Assembly: GCA_018666805.1 (NCBI GenBank)
Contig: JABIXB010000135.1
Location: forward strand, 1 to 63,168
DNA: 63,168 bases
Source of the DNA: Rhodospirillaceae bacterium
Lineage (GTDB): Bacteria > Pseudomonadota > Alphaproteobacteria > UBA828
Reading direction: 5' to 3'
Each line of letters begins with the position of its first letter. Positions within the stretch are counted from its first letter, which is position 1. Below, one piece after another: positions 43,616 through 53,862 of the stretch. The notes beneath the pieces are model-generated. The model was not told the origin of the DNA. It saw nothing but the letters and a program-made list of their open reading frames with translations, and did not search any database. The translations under genes and the position numbers were made by a program.

Positions 43616-45949
43616 TTAGTTTCTCAGCGGCTTGCCGGTTTCCAGCATATGTTCCATGCGGGCCATGGTGAGAGGGTCTCGCGAGAGCGTTATCAGCGCC
43701 TGGCGTTCGAGGGCGGAGAGATCGTCTTCGCTCACCGCATCGGTGGTGTCGGTTTTGCCGCCGGTGAGAACGATGCCGAGTTGATCGACCACAGTGAGAT
43801 CGTGCGGTGTCGCCTTGCGCGTTTTGGCGAGGCCGCGCACCGCCATCATCAGCGCCACGCGGGCTGATTTGCCGGGCAGTTTGATCTCCTGCGGCTCGGG
43901 CGCGTGATAGCCCTCGGCCAGTTCGAGGGCGCGCGCCTTGGCGTCGGCGAGGAGCCGGTCACGGTTGGCGGTGACTCTGTCACTGTCGCGCAAATATCCC
44001 ATGTCGAAGGCTTGTGCTGCCGAGCGCGATACTTTGGCGAGGCCGATGGTCTGGAACAGTTTGGATATCACCGGCATGGCGCCGCCGCCGAGGATGCCGC
44101 GGCTCTTGCCGGTGAGGCCCCGCACCAACAGCTCCTTGCAGCCGCCCCAACCGGGAATGAGGCCGACCCCAACCTCGACCAGGCCGATATAGGATTCGGC
44201 ATGGGCCTGCACCGCATCGCAGTGGAGCAGGCTTTCGCAGCCGCCGCCTAGCGCCATGCCCGAAGGCGCGCCGACCACTGGGAAGGGGGCGAATTTGAGC
44301 GCCTTGAAAGCGTCCTGGCCCTGCTTGATCATGTCTTCCATCATCGGCCACGCACCGACATTTATGGCAAACAATGCCAAGCCTAGGTTGACCCCGACCG
44401 AATAATTGCTGCCCTCATTGTGCAGCACCAGAGCCTTATAGCCCTTGCCCACCGCCGCGACCGACTGGCCGATCAGCTTGAGGGTTTCCGGGTCGATGGC
44501 GTTCATCTTGCTGTGGAATTCGAGGCAGGCGACGCCGTCACCGATATCCCACAGGCTGGCCGAGCCGTTGCGCAGGATCGGCTTCGAGGCGCGTTTGACA
44601 TCGCTCAGCAACAGCACGCCGGCTGGGCGCTCGATCGTCACATAGCTGCCGTCGGTGCTGAGATATTGCAGGCGGCCCTGCTCGGTGCGGTAAAATCCGC
44701 CCTTCTCGGCGGCGAGCGCCACCAGCGCCGGCACATCGCGGTTTTCCGCCTTGAGGCGCTCGGCAAACCATTCGGCGCCGATCTTGTCGATCATCTCGAA
44801 CGGCCCGCTCTTCCAGGCATAGCCGAGTTTCATCGCGTCATCGGCGGCGACTACCGTATCGGCGATTTCGGGAATGAGGTCGGCGGCATAACATAGCGTG
44901 CTCGACATGACCTGCCAGGCGAAGGCGCTGGCAGCATCGCCATGCTCGAACAATTTGCGCGGCGAGCTCTTGGCGGCGCGCACGCTGTCCGGTGTCAGCC
45001 TGAGCGCTTTCGAGTAATTCCCGGTGGCAAGGTCGATCACTTCCTTGACCGGCTTACCGCTGTCTTTGTTGAGGCGGTAGAAGCCGCCCTTGCCTTTGCG
45101 CCCGATCGAGCCCTCGGCGATCATTTTGACGATCAGTTCCGGCTCGCCGTAAAGCGCGCGGTAGGCGTCATTCTCGGGCACGGTGTCATAAAGGCTCTTG
45201 CTCACCAGCGGCATCAGGTCGATGCCGACCAGATCCATCAGGCCGAAAATGCCGGTCTTGGGGATGCCGAGGGCGCGGCCGATGGCGGCGTCGGCTTGCT
45301 CGACCGTGACCGTGCCCTTGAAGGCTTCGACCACCGCCGCCTGAATCCAGAAGGTGCCGATGCGGTTGGCGATAAAGCCCGGCGTGTCCTTGCAATCGAC
45401 AACGCCCTTGCCGAGCTTGATATCGGCAAATTCGCTCACCGCCGTGATGGCGTCCGCGCGCGTGTTGCCGCCGGCGACAATCTCGAGGAGGCGCATATAA
45501 CGCGGCGGATTGAAGAAGTGGGTGATGAGGAAGTCGCGTTGGAAACTCTCGTCCATGCCGTCCATCAGATCGCGGCACGGAGTGGTCGAGGTGTTGGAGG
45601 AGACAATGCTGCCGTCTTTTCGCACGCCATCGATCAGGCGGTAGATCGCCTGCTTGATGTCGCGCTTCTCAATCACCGCCTCGACGATCCAGTCGGCATC
45701 GGCCAGCAGTTTCAGATCGTCCTCGATATTGCCGCAGGTGATGCGTTTGGCGGTGCGCTTCTCCATGAAGGCGGCGGGTTCGGTTTTGAGCATGCGCTCC
45801 ACGGCATTCATCGCCAGCTCGCTGCGTTTCTTGGCGCCGTCCGGCACGATATCGAGCAGCACCACGTCATGGCCGGCATTGGCGACATGGGCGGCGATGC
45901 CGCTGCCCATCAGGCCGGCGCCGATAACGGCAACCTTGTTAATCGCCAT
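43616..45949 (-). CDS. Bifunctional 3-hydroxyacyl-CoA dehydrogenase / enoyl-CoA hydratase (dehydrogenase domain N-terminal)
   Basis: N-terminus VAVIGAGLMGSGIA, plus HFFNPP and a C-terminal crotonase fold (GMALGGGCE). Confidence 0.88.
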   Translation of the reverse strand: MAINKVAVIGAGLMGSGIAAHVANAGHDVVLLDIVPDGAKKRSELAMNAVERMLKTEPAAFMEKRTAKRITCGNIEDDLKLLADADWIVEAVIEKRDIKQAIYRLIDGVRKDGSIVSSNTSTTPCRDLMDGMDESFQRDFLITHFFNPPRYMRLLEIVAGGNTRADAITAVSEFADIKLGKGVVDCKDTPGFIANRIGTFWIQAAVVEAFKGTVTVEQADAAIGRALGIPKTGIFGLMDLVGIDLMPLVSKSLYDTVPENDAYRALYGEPELIVKMIAEGSIGRKGKGGFYRLNKDSGKPVKEVIDLATGNYSKALRLTPDSVRAAKSSPRKLFEHGDAASAFAWQVMSSTLCYAADLIPEIADTVVAADDAMKLGYAWKSGPFEMIDKIGAEWFAERLKAENRDVPALVALAAEKGGFYRTEQGRLQYLSTDGSYVTIERPAGVLLLSDVKRASKPILRNGSASLWDIGDGVACLEFHSKMNAIDPETLKLIGQSVAAVGKGYKALVLHNEGSNYSVGVNLGLALFAINVGAWPMMEDMIKQGQDAFKALKFAPFPVVGAPSGMALGGGCESLLHCDAVQAHAESYIGLVEVGVGLIPGWGGCKELLVRGLTGKSRGILGGGAMPVISKLFQTIGLAKVSRSAAQAFDMGYLRDSDRVTANRDRLLADAKARALELAEGYHAPEPQEIKLPGKSARVALMMAVRGLAKTRKATPHDLTVVDQLGIVLTGGKTDTTDAVSEDDLSALERQALITLSRDPLTMARMEHMLETGKPLRN

Positions 45950-47085
45950 CAGGCCGCCTCAAGCACGGTCGAGATGCCCTGGCCGCCGCCGATACACTGG
46001 GTGGCGAGCGCGTATTTTTTGCCTTCACGCTTGAGTAGTTGCGCCGCCTTGCCGGTGATGCGGGCGCCCGTGGCGCCGAGCGGATGGCCAAGCGCCATAG
46101 CGCCGCCGTCGAGGTTCATCTTGTCGAGGTCGATCGACAGTTCGCGCACACAGGCGAGCGCCTGCACGGCGAAGGCTTCGTTGAGCTCGATCACGTCGAT
46201 ATCCGACATGCCGATGCCGGCGCGCTCGAGCGCCTTGACGGTGGAGACCACCGGGCCATAGCCCATGATCTCCGGCTGGCAACCGGCGACGGCGATGCTT
46301 TTGATCGATGCCAGGACGTCGAGATTGTTGGCCGAAGCAAAATCCTCGGTGCAGACCAGCACGGCGGAGGCGCCGTCGGTAAGCGGTGAGGAAGTCGCCG
46401 CCGTGACGGTGCCCTCGGCGTCGAAGGCCGGTTCCAGACCGGCCAGGGATTCCATATTGGTGCCGGGGCGGATACAGCCATCCTGATCGATTGTTTCGCC
46501 CTCGCATTCAACCGCGACAATCTCGCCGGCGAGGCGCCCTTCTTCGCGCGCCGCTGTCGCCTTGGCATGGCTGGAAACGGCAAGCTGCTCCTGCTCCTCG
46601 CGCGGTATCTGGTATTTCTGCGCCAGGTTTTCCGCCGTCTCGCCCATCGCCATATAGGCGCCTTCATTCTTTTCGTAGAGATCGGCATTGGGCATCGGAT
46701 TGTAGCCGCCCATGGGAATGCGTGACATCGATTCGACGCCGGCGCAAATAAAGGCATCGCCGGCATTCATCTGGATCGCGCCGGCGGCAAAGTGAATCGA
46801 TTGCATCGACGAACCACAGAAACGATTGACCGTGACGCCGGCGACGGAAATCGGCAGGTCGGACAACAGACCGACAATACGCGCCACGTTGAAGCCCTGC
46901 TCGCCTTCGGGAAAGGCGCAGCCCATGATCAGATCCTCAATACCGGCGGGATCGATGCCGCTGCTCTCGATCAGCCCGCGCACCACATCGGCGGCCAAAT
47001 CGTCGGGCCGTTTTTTCACCAATTGGCCCTTATGGGCGAAATGGAAAGGTGATCTTTTGTATCCTGCGATGACAACGGGTTTCAT
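45949..47085 (-). CDS. Acetyl-CoA C-acyltransferase (thiolase)
   Basis: Contains VNRFCGSSMQ (active Cys), NEAFA, GHPLGATG and CIGGGQG. Confidence 0.9.
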   Translation of the reverse strand: MKPVVIAGYKRSPFHFAHKGQLVKKRPDDLAADVVRGLIESSGIDPAGIEDLIMGCAFPEGEQGFNVARIVGLLSDLPISVAGVTVNRFCGSSMQSIHFAAGAIQMNAGDAFICAGVESMSRIPMGGYNPMPNADLYEKNEGAYMAMGETAENLAQKYQIPREEQEQLAVSSHAKATAAREEGRLAGEIVAVECEGETIDQDGCIRPGTNMESLAGLEPAFDAEGTVTAATSSPLTDGASAVLVCTEDFASANNLDVLASIKSIAVAGCQPEIMGYGPVVSTVKALERAGIGMSDIDVIELNEAFAVQALACVRELSIDLDKMNLDGGAMALGHPLGATGARITGKAAQLLKREGKKYALATQCIGGGQGISTVLEAA

Positions 47086-47152
47086 GGCTCTAACCTCGCG
47101 CTAATAAGTTTTAATCCGGCCTGTGTATCACGCCGGTGGGGTGGGTTTCGAC

Positions 47153-48871
47153 TCAAGAAGATGCGGTTTTGTCGTGTTTGGCCGCTTCCTCCGCGACCAA
47201 TTCCTTTTTCGACAGCTTGCCGATCAGGGTTTTTGGCAATTCGTCGCGGAATTCGATCTCTTTGGGCATTTCGATGGGAGAGAGCTTGTCTTTGAGAAAG
47301 GCGCTGAGACCTTCCGCGTCGAGGCTCTGGCCGGCGCGCAGTTTGACATACGCCTTGACCGTCTGCTGGCGGTACTTGTCCTCAATCCCGGCAACGGTGA
47401 CTTCCTCGACCGCCGGGTGGCGGTAAATCGCCTCTTCGACATGGCGCGGATAGATATTATAGCCGCCGGCAATAATGACTTCTTTGAGCCGGTCGATGAG
47501 GAAGGTGTAGCCGTCCGCGTCGATATAGCCGACATCGCCGGTATGGAAGCGCCCGTCGAGGAGAGCCGACGCGGTTTCTTCTTCGCGTTTCCAATAACCG
47601 CGCATGACCTGCGGGCCGGTGATGCAGATCTCGCCGGTCTCGCCTTGCGGCAAAACGGTGGACGGGTTTTCGACATCGGTAATCTCGACAATCGTACCCG
47701 GCGTCGGCAGGCCGAGCGAGCCGGCGCGTGACGTCCCGGTCGGCGGATTACACAGCGCCACCGGCGAGGTTTCGCTGAGGCCATAGCCTTCGAGCAGGCG
47801 GCAGCCGGAGAGGGATTCGAATTTTTCCTGCACGTCGCGCGGCAGGGTATCGCCGCCAGCGAGGCAATATTTCATCGATGTCAGGTCGTATTTTTTCGCC
47901 GCGACATCGGGATGGTTGTTGATCGCGATATAGATCGTTGGCACGGCGGGGAAGAATGTCGGGCGCTTTTTGTGGATGATTTTGAGCGCCGTCTCCAACT
48001 CGAAGCGCGGCAGCAGGATCATCTTGGCCCCGGCATGGACGCTGAAATTCATCACCACCGTCATGGCAAAGACATGGAAGATCGGCAGCACGCCCATCAT
48101 CACTTCCTCGCCGAAATTGGTTTCGGGGAAGAAATAGGTCGCCTGCTGCACATTGTTGGTGAGGTTGGCGTGCGTCAGCATGGCGCCCTTGGGCTGGCCC
48201 GTCGTGCCGCCGGTATATTGCAGCACCGCGATATCCTCGTGCGGATCAATCTCGACCGCCGCGGGCCGGCCGTCATTGGCGATCAGGCTTTTAAACGAGA
48301 TGTGGCGGCTGTCGGATGGTATCTGGGCGATGGAACTGCGCCGCAACAGGCGATAGAGCAGGCTTTTCGGGAATGGCAGTTGCTCGGCCATGGTGACGGT
48401 GACGATTTTCTTTAAGCCCGTATTACCCAGCATTTTGGCCGCTTTGCCGTAGATCATCGGCATGTCGAGGGTGATCATGGTTTCACACTCGGAATCTTCG
48501 ATCTGCTCGCGGATTTGGTCCTCGGCGTAAAGCGGATTGAAATTGACCACCGTACCGCCGGCCCTCAAGACGGCATAGTACGAGATTACCATAGCCGGGC
48601 AGTTGGGCAGCATCAGGCCGACGCGGCTGCCTTTCTTCACCCCTTGTGCCTGCAAACCCTTGGCGGCGCGGTTCACCAGCTCGGCCACTTGGCTGAAAGT
48701 GTAGATACGGTCCATGAAATCGATGGCGGGCCGGCCGGCGTATTTTTTTGCCGCATTTTCCATCAACTCCGGCATGGGAGAGGGGATAAGCGGCGCGTTC
48801 CAATCAATATCGGCGGGAAGGGATTTTTCCCAAAAATGAGGCTGTGCGCTGGGCTGTGTTGGTTCAGACAT
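47153..48871 (-). CDS. fadD: Long-chain fatty-acid--CoA ligase
   Basis: Contains the AMP-binding motif YTGGTTGQPKGA, plus TGDVGYIDADGY and PKTLIGK. Confidence 0.9.
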   Translation of the reverse strand: MSEPTQPSAQPHFWEKSLPADIDWNAPLIPSPMPELMENAAKKYAGRPAIDFMDRIYTFSQVAELVNRAAKGLQAQGVKKGSRVGLMLPNCPAMVISYYAVLRAGGTVVNFNPLYAEDQIREQIEDSECETMITLDMPMIYGKAAKMLGNTGLKKIVTVTMAEQLPFPKSLLYRLLRRSSIAQIPSDSRHISFKSLIANDGRPAAVEIDPHEDIAVLQYTGGTTGQPKGAMLTHANLTNNVQQATYFFPETNFGEEVMMGVLPIFHVFAMTVVMNFSVHAGAKMILLPRFELETALKIIHKKRPTFFPAVPTIYIAINNHPDVAAKKYDLTSMKYCLAGGDTLPRDVQEKFESLSGCRLLEGYGLSETSPVALCNPPTGTSRAGSLGLPTPGTIVEITDVENPSTVLPQGETGEICITGPQVMRGYWKREEETASALLDGRFHTGDVGYIDADGYTFLIDRLKEVIIAGGYNIYPRHVEEAIYRHPAVEEVTVAGIEDKYRQQTVKAYVKLRAGQSLDAEGLSAFLKDKLSPIEMPKEIEFRDELPKTLIGKLSKKELVAEEAAKHDKTASS

Positions 48872-48986
48872 TGATCACCTTTATAAGGCGCGAAAGCGCA
48901 AACTTACGCTTCGCTGCCACAAATCACTCGACAGATTAGCATGGTAAATGCTGAACATTTTGTATAATATTTACTGTTAGCTGTTC

Positions 48987-49006
48987 CGGTCAAGCAATTT
49001 TGACCG
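48987..49006. promoter_or_regulatory. 20-bp palindrome in an AT-rich intergenic region (candidate operator)
   Basis: CGGTCAA-GCAATT-TTGACCG, with perfect 7-bp arms, lies between fadD and the receiver gene. An extended -10-like TGTATAAT is at 48961-48968. Confidence 0.35.
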
Positions 49007-49057
49007 ATTCATATCTCTCGGGGCAATATTTCTCCCACATGAGTAAAAACAGTCCGG

Positions 49058-49113
49058 TTAACCATGTTAAGTGTTAGCCAAGTTGTGCCTTGAATGGTTA
49101 ATAGTAATTTACC
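49058..49113. promoter_or_regulatory. CtrA-type box candidates
   Basis: TTAACCAT at 49058-49065 (exact half-site motif) and TTAA-N7-TTACC at 49098-49113 (one mismatch to TTAA-N7-TTAAC), upstream of the receiver gene. Confidence 0.3.
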
Positions 49114-49206
49114 GTCCTTGACGTTGAGGATTGGCCGGACCACAGTTACCGCCGGGGTTGTTAACCTTTAATACAAGCTAAGATAGACGAGAGGTCCGCT
49201 CCAAGA

Positions 49207-49596
49207 ATGCCGGACGGCAATAAACCCAAGATTTTAGTAATTGATGATGACGACCTGGTACGTGCAACAATCGTTGCCGTGCTGGACCGTGCCGATGTTG
49301 AAGTTTCGGAAGCAGCCGACGGCGATGTCGGCATGCGCCTGTTTGAAGAAGGCGGGCATGACGTCGTCATCACCGACATTCTGATGCCCAATCGTGAAGG
49401 CATCGAGACAATTCGCGATTTGCGGCGCAGCAATGAGGGCGTGAAAATTATCGCCATTTCCGGCGGCGGTAATATCGACAAAATGCAATTATTGGATTTG
49501 GCGCAAAAATTTGGCGCCGACCGGGTGCTACCGAAACCCTTCACGCCACAGCAGGTGCTCACGACACTGGATGAAGTGCTGGCGGAGCGCGCTTAG
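49207..49596 (+). CDS. Single-domain response regulator (receiver only)
   Basis: Contains KILVIDDD, the phospho-acceptor context VVITDILMP, IIAISG and PKPF. Confidence 0.85.
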   Translation: MPDGNKPKILVIDDDDLVRATIVAVLDRADVEVSEAADGDVGMRLFEEGGHDVVITDILMPNREGIETIRDLRRSNEGVKIIAISGGGNIDKMQLLDLAQKFGADRVLPKPFTPQQVLTTLDEVLAERA

Positions 49597-49609
49597 ACTT
49601 CAGGTAGCC

Positions 49610-50848
49610 TTAGCTGCGTCTCGGGTATTTTTCCGCAACATAATTTTCGACGATCGCCTGAAATCCCTCTGCAATGCCGTCGCCGCGCAGCGTCACCGAT
49701 TTTGCCCCATCGATGAACACCGGCGCCGCCGGGCTTTCGCCGGTGCCCGGCAGGCTGATGCCGATATCGGCATGTTTGCTCTCGCCCGGGCCGTTGACGA
49801 TGCAGCCCATGACGGCGAGCTGCATATCCTCGACACCGACATAAGCCTTGCGCCATTCCGGCATGCGGGCGCGCACATGGCTCTGGATTTTTTCCGCCAA
49901 TTGCTGAAACACGGTGCTCGTCGTGCGTCCGCAGCCGGGGCAGGCGGTGACCAGCGGGGTAAAGGCCCTCAGACCCATGGTTTGTAATATTTCCTGGGCG
50001 ACGATCACTTCCTGCGTACGGTCACCGCCCGGTGACGGCGTGAGCGAGACGCGGATCGTATCGCCGATGCCCTGCTGCAACAGGATAGCGAGTGCCGCAG
50101 TGGAGGCGACGATGCCTTTCGAGCCCATGCCTGCTTCGGTTAGGCCGAGATGGAGCGCATAATCCGAGCGTGCCGCGAGATCGCCATAGACCGCCACCAG
50201 ATCCTGCACCTGGCTGACCTTGCAGGAAATCACGATGTGATCGCGCGCCAGGCCAATCTCCTCCGCCATCGCCGCACTTCGAAGCGCCGATTCAACCAAG
50301 GCGCTGCGCATCACCTGTTGCGCCTCGAGCGGTGCATCAAGGTCGGCGTTGCGGTCCATCATTTCGGCCAGAAGTTCCTGATCGAGACTGCCCCAATTGA
50401 CGCCGATGCGCACCGGGCGGTCATATTCGAGCGCCACTTCGATCATCGTCTGGAACTGGCGGTCGCGTTTTTCGCGGAAGCCGACATTGCCGGGATTGAT
50501 GCGGTATTTCGCCAATGCTTCGGCGCAGGCCGGATGCTCACGCAGCAATTTGTGGCCGTTATAGTGAAAATCGCCGATCAGCGGCACGGCGCAATTCATG
50601 CCATCGAGGCAATCGCGGATATGCGGCACCGCCGCCGCGGCCTCGGGTGTGTTGACGGTCAGGCGGACAAGTTCCGAGCCGGCCTCGGCCAGCGCCTTGA
50701 CCTGCGCCGCCGTGCCGTCAACATCCACCGTATCGGTGTTGGTCATCGATTGGACCAGCACCGGCGCGCCGCCACCAATACGGTAGGGGCCAACGCGCAC
50801 GCCGACGCTGGCGTGGCGCGGGCCGAGAGACATGCTGCCGTTCATCAA
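49610..50848 (-). CDS. ispG: 4-hydroxy-3-methylbut-2-en-1-yl diphosphate synthase
   Basis: Contains VQSMTNT, RLTV, INPGN, CPGCGRT and GCIVNGPGE. Confidence 0.92.
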   Translation of the reverse strand: MMNGSMSLGPRHASVGVRVGPYRIGGGAPVLVQSMTNTDTVDVDGTAAQVKALAEAGSELVRLTVNTPEAAAAVPHIRDCLDGMNCAVPLIGDFHYNGHKLLREHPACAEALAKYRINPGNVGFREKRDRQFQTMIEVALEYDRPVRIGVNWGSLDQELLAEMMDRNADLDAPLEAQQVMRSALVESALRSAAMAEEIGLARDHIVISCKVSQVQDLVAVYGDLAARSDYALHLGLTEAGMGSKGIVASTAALAILLQQGIGDTIRVSLTPSPGGDRTQEVIVAQEILQTMGLRAFTPLVTACPGCGRTTSTVFQQLAEKIQSHVRARMPEWRKAYVGVEDMQLAVMGCIVNGPGESKHADIGISLPGTGESPAAPVFIDGAKSVTLRGDGIAEGFQAIVENYVAEKYPRRS

Positions 50849-50860
50849 GCGCTTCTCTGC

Positions 50861-51691
50861 TTAGCCGAGCACTTTTTCCTTGGCGCGGTGGAGAAAGTCG
50901 ATCGTCGAAGCGATCGTTTTCTCCGGGCATTCCACCAAATCCGCATGGCCGATATCCTCGTAAACGATCATTTCGCAGCCCGGAATATTATCCGCGACCC
51001 ATTGCGCGCCGGCGCCCGTGCTGCCGGTTTCCATAGGCGTTAACATATCTTTTTTAGCGGTGATGACGAGGGTTGGATTGGTAATTTTTTTGCAGTCCTC
51101 GCGCAAATCCATGTTCTCCATGGCGATGCAGGCCTGCACCACCGTTTCGACGGAGTTGAGCCCGACAATGGTGCGCACCATGTCAATCAATCCCGCGCCG
51201 TTCGGGCCGTCGAGATAATCCGCGCCGACCGCCTGGGTCACGACATGATCGGCAAATTCGGGCGAGCAGCCCCACGAGGTCGCCATATGGCGCCAAGTGC
51301 GGAACATGATCTTGCGCATGCCATCACATTTGGCGAAGGCGCAATCACTCACCACGCCGATGCATTTTTCCGGATATTTAGCGGCGAATTTAAGCGCGAT
51401 CATGCCGCCGGCCGAGGTTCCCATGACGTGCGCGCGCGGGATGCCGAGCTTGTCCATCAGCGCCGCCAGATCATCGGCCCAGAGATCGAGGTCATAGGAT
51501 TGCAGCGGCCGGTCGGTCTGGCCGTAGCCGCGCTGATCGTAGCTGATGAGCTTGAAGTTCTCAGCCAGGCCTTCCCACACCATGGCGAAATTCTGGCGCC
51601 CGAACAGCGAGCCGCCGATCAGGGCGAGCGGTTCACCATCGCCCATATATTCATAAAAAATATTAATCCCGTTTGCTTCGACCTTCGGCAT
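50861..51691 (-). CDS. Alpha/beta hydrolase
   Basis: Contains INIFYEYMGDG, the nucleophile elbow GTSAGG and a C-terminal GH. Alternative upstream start at 51742. Confidence 0.78.
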   Translation of the reverse strand: MPKVEANGINIFYEYMGDGEPLALIGGSLFGRQNFAMVWEGLAENFKLISYDQRGYGQTDRPLQSYDLDLWADDLAALMDKLGIPRAHVMGTSAGGMIALKFAAKYPEKCIGVVSDCAFAKCDGMRKIMFRTWRHMATSWGCSPEFADHVVTQAVGADYLDGPNGAGLIDMVRTIVGLNSVETVVQACIAMENMDLREDCKKITNPTLVITAKKDMLTPMETGSTGAGAQWVADNIPGCEMIVYEDIGHADLVECPEKTIASTIDFLHRAKEKVLG

Positions 51692-51795
51692 GATTTGATT
51701 CCCGTTTACCTGGAGATAGCCGCCGCCTTTGCGGCGCGGCATTCGCGGTCATTATGCCGCTTGAGCGCGGCAAGGTCGATGGCGGGATTTGAAGT

Positions 51796-52809
51796 TTAGG
51801 CGACGGATTTTTGCCGCTCGGCGCTACGCTGTTCGGCGCGCAGTTCCTTCAATTCGAACGGATCGGCATGGATATCCTCTATGTCCGCGCCGGCGAGGAA
51901 GGCACGCTTTTTGGCGGCGTGGACCATCGGTGGGTTGCCGCAGAGATAAACCCGCCAATCCTTGAGGTCTTTGTTTTCGCCAAGTGCGACATCGTCGGCC
52001 CGGCCAGAGGCGTAGCCGAGCGGCGGATTCTCGCCCGAGAGACAGCCCGTATAGCTGAAATTGGGGTAGGTCTGGGCCAGATCAAACAGGCTGTCGCGGT
52101 GGTAAAGGCCGGCCGGCTCGCGCGAGCCATGATACAGCCGGACCTGGCCGCTATGTCCGTCATTCAGCGCATCGCGGGCGATTGCCACCAATGGCGCTAA
52201 CCCGGTGCCGCTGCCAATCAACAGCAGGTTTTGTTCAGGCTTGCCGGGCAGGTAGAAGCAGGCGCCGTTCGGGCCCTGGATATCGACGTTTTCGCCAACC
52301 TTCATTTCATTGAAGGCCCAGTTGCTCATTTGCCCGCCGGGCAGACGCTTAATGTGAAATTCGAGATATCTGTCGAGGTTGGGCACGCTGGCGAGGGAAT
52401 AGGAGCGGCAGAGGCCGTCGCTGCGGCGTAAATTGAGAAACTGCCCGGCGTGATAATAAAGCGGTGTCGCCGGCTCGAGAATAACGCGGCAAATATCGGG
52501 CGCCAACAATTCGCGCGACTGAATCACGGCGCGCTGATAGATCGCCGCATCCTCGGCCTGCACGACCCGGATATCGCCCTCGGGCACGCACAGGCAGGAG
52601 AGGAAATATCCCTCGACGCGTAGCGTTTCGCGTAAACCCGCTTGTGCTTTTTCCGGCACGCCGCCATCGGGCGTGCGCATCATGCAGTTGAAGCAAGTGC
52701 CTTTGCGGCAGGAATAGCTCGGATTTTCGCCGTTGCGCAGCAGGGTATCGAGGACCGATTCAGAAGGCTCGGCCTCGTAAACCCTGTTGCTGAATTCTAC
52801 GCTCGGCAT
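51796..52809 (-). CDS. 2Fe-2S ferredoxin / FAD / NAD(P)H reductase fusion (oxygenase-reductase type, FNR family)
   Basis: Plant-type cluster motif C-x4-C-x2-C...C (SCRKGTCFNCMM...LSCLC), the FAD motif RSYSLAS and the NAD motif LIGSGTGLAP. I preferred the ATG at 52809; the track uses the GTG at 52827. Confidence 0.82.
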   Translation of the reverse strand: MPSVEFSNRVYEAEPSESVLDTLLRNGENPSYSCRKGTCFNCMMRTPDGGVPEKAQAGLRETLRVEGYFLSCLCVPEGDIRVVQAEDAAIYQRAVIQSRELLAPDICRVILEPATPLYYHAGQFLNLRRSDGLCRSYSLASVPNLDRYLEFHIKRLPGGQMSNWAFNEMKVGENVDIQGPNGACFYLPGKPEQNLLLIGSGTGLAPLVAIARDALNDGHSGQVRLYHGSREPAGLYHRDSLFDLAQTYPNFSYTGCLSGENPPLGYASGRADDVALGENKDLKDWRVYLCGNPPMVHAAKKRAFLAGADIEDIHADPFELKELRAEQRSAERQKSVA

Positions 52810-52833
52810 TGTTTGCCTGCTTCGCACCGTTGC

Positions 52834-53202
52834 CTATTGATTGAGAACGTCGCCCTTCGTGCTGGCGGCGATAGACATGATTTCACCGGCGATATTCTCC
52901 GGCACGCCGAGTTCGCTCAGCGTAGCTTGCAAGTGGCCGGCCACGGCGTCGAAGTGCGAGCCATTGAGGCCGTCCGCGACGAGCTTGGCGTGCGCGGTGC
53001 GCAGATCCTTGCCGGAATATTCATTGGGCCCACCAAACACCATGGTGAGGAACGCTTTCTGCTTTTCGCGCTGGGCGTCCATATCGGTATCGTCAAAGAA
53101 TCCGCTGATAGAATCATCGCTCAATACTTTGCGATAGAACACATCGACCGCGGCATTCACGGCAGCTTCGCCACCAATTTGCTGATAGATCGACTCGGTC
53201 AT
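52834..53202 (-). CDS. glbN: Group-I truncated haemoglobin (trHbN)
   Basis: Starts at the ATG at 53202 (MTESIYQQIGG). Contains FY..V..D, FF and H(AKL) proximal-His context (RTAHAKL). About 122 aa. Confidence 0.85.
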   Translation of the reverse strand: MTESIYQQIGGEAAVNAAVDVFYRKVLSDDSISGFFDDTDMDAQREKQKAFLTMVFGGPNEYSGKDLRTAHAKLVADGLNGSHFDAVAGHLQATLSELGVPENIAGEIMSIAASTKGDVLNQ

Positions 53203-53303
53203 TTTGAGATTCCCATAAAGTGATAAATATCTTGCAGTGGAGCTACGAATATCCACCGAAGGCGTTACGAAAGGGTGAAAATTGACCGTAAATTGATACC
53301 GAA

Positions 53304-53780
53304 TTAAGGCCCTACAGCCTGCGCGGCGATGGCGGCAAAGATGGCGTCGAGCTCGGCTGCCATCTCATCCAGGGCGGCGCTCTTATAGGGCGCGAAAACC
53401 GCTGTCGGCGTGCGGTAGGTCAGGTTGGCGCTGCCGTCCGCATTGGCGGTGAGATAGAAGCGGAGCGGCGCCTCGATACCGGATTGGATGCTCGCATCCA
53501 GCATGCGCACGGCATAGTCGTTGCGAAATACGCCGATCACCATATTGCCGGCAATGTCGACGCCGCGCCGTTTGGCCCCGGCGCTGGCGCTGGCCTTGCT
53601 CACCGTGAACATGCCATTGTCCTTGATCGCGCCGCTGAGCGCCGTCACCAGTTCGGCGAAAGGTTTTTCACTCGCCAGGCTGCGCGTGCCCGGATGGGGC
53701 CATTCGGCGGCGCCAAGCGGCGGCGCAAGCAGGAACAGAATTAAGGTGGCGAATACAGAGTGTTTTAAAAAGCGCGGCAT
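53304..53780 (-). CDS. Exported DUF302-domain protein
   Basis: Signal peptide plus a DUF302-like core (FAELVTALSGAIKDNGMF...VIGVFRNDYAV...PLRFYL). Confidence 0.65.
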   Translation of the reverse strand: MPRFLKHSVFATLILFLLAPPLGAAEWPHPGTRSLASEKPFAELVTALSGAIKDNGMFTVSKASASAGAKRRGVDIAGNMVIGVFRNDYAVRMLDASIQSGIEAPLRFYLTANADGSANLTYRTPTAVFAPYKSAALDEMAAELDAIFAAIAAQAVGP

Positions 53781-53862
53781 GGTCTCTCCCGGTCTTGAGC
53801 AATTGTTTTAATGCCGGGATTATAGAGGGTGATTTGCGCACGCGGGATAACAGTCGGGTGAA

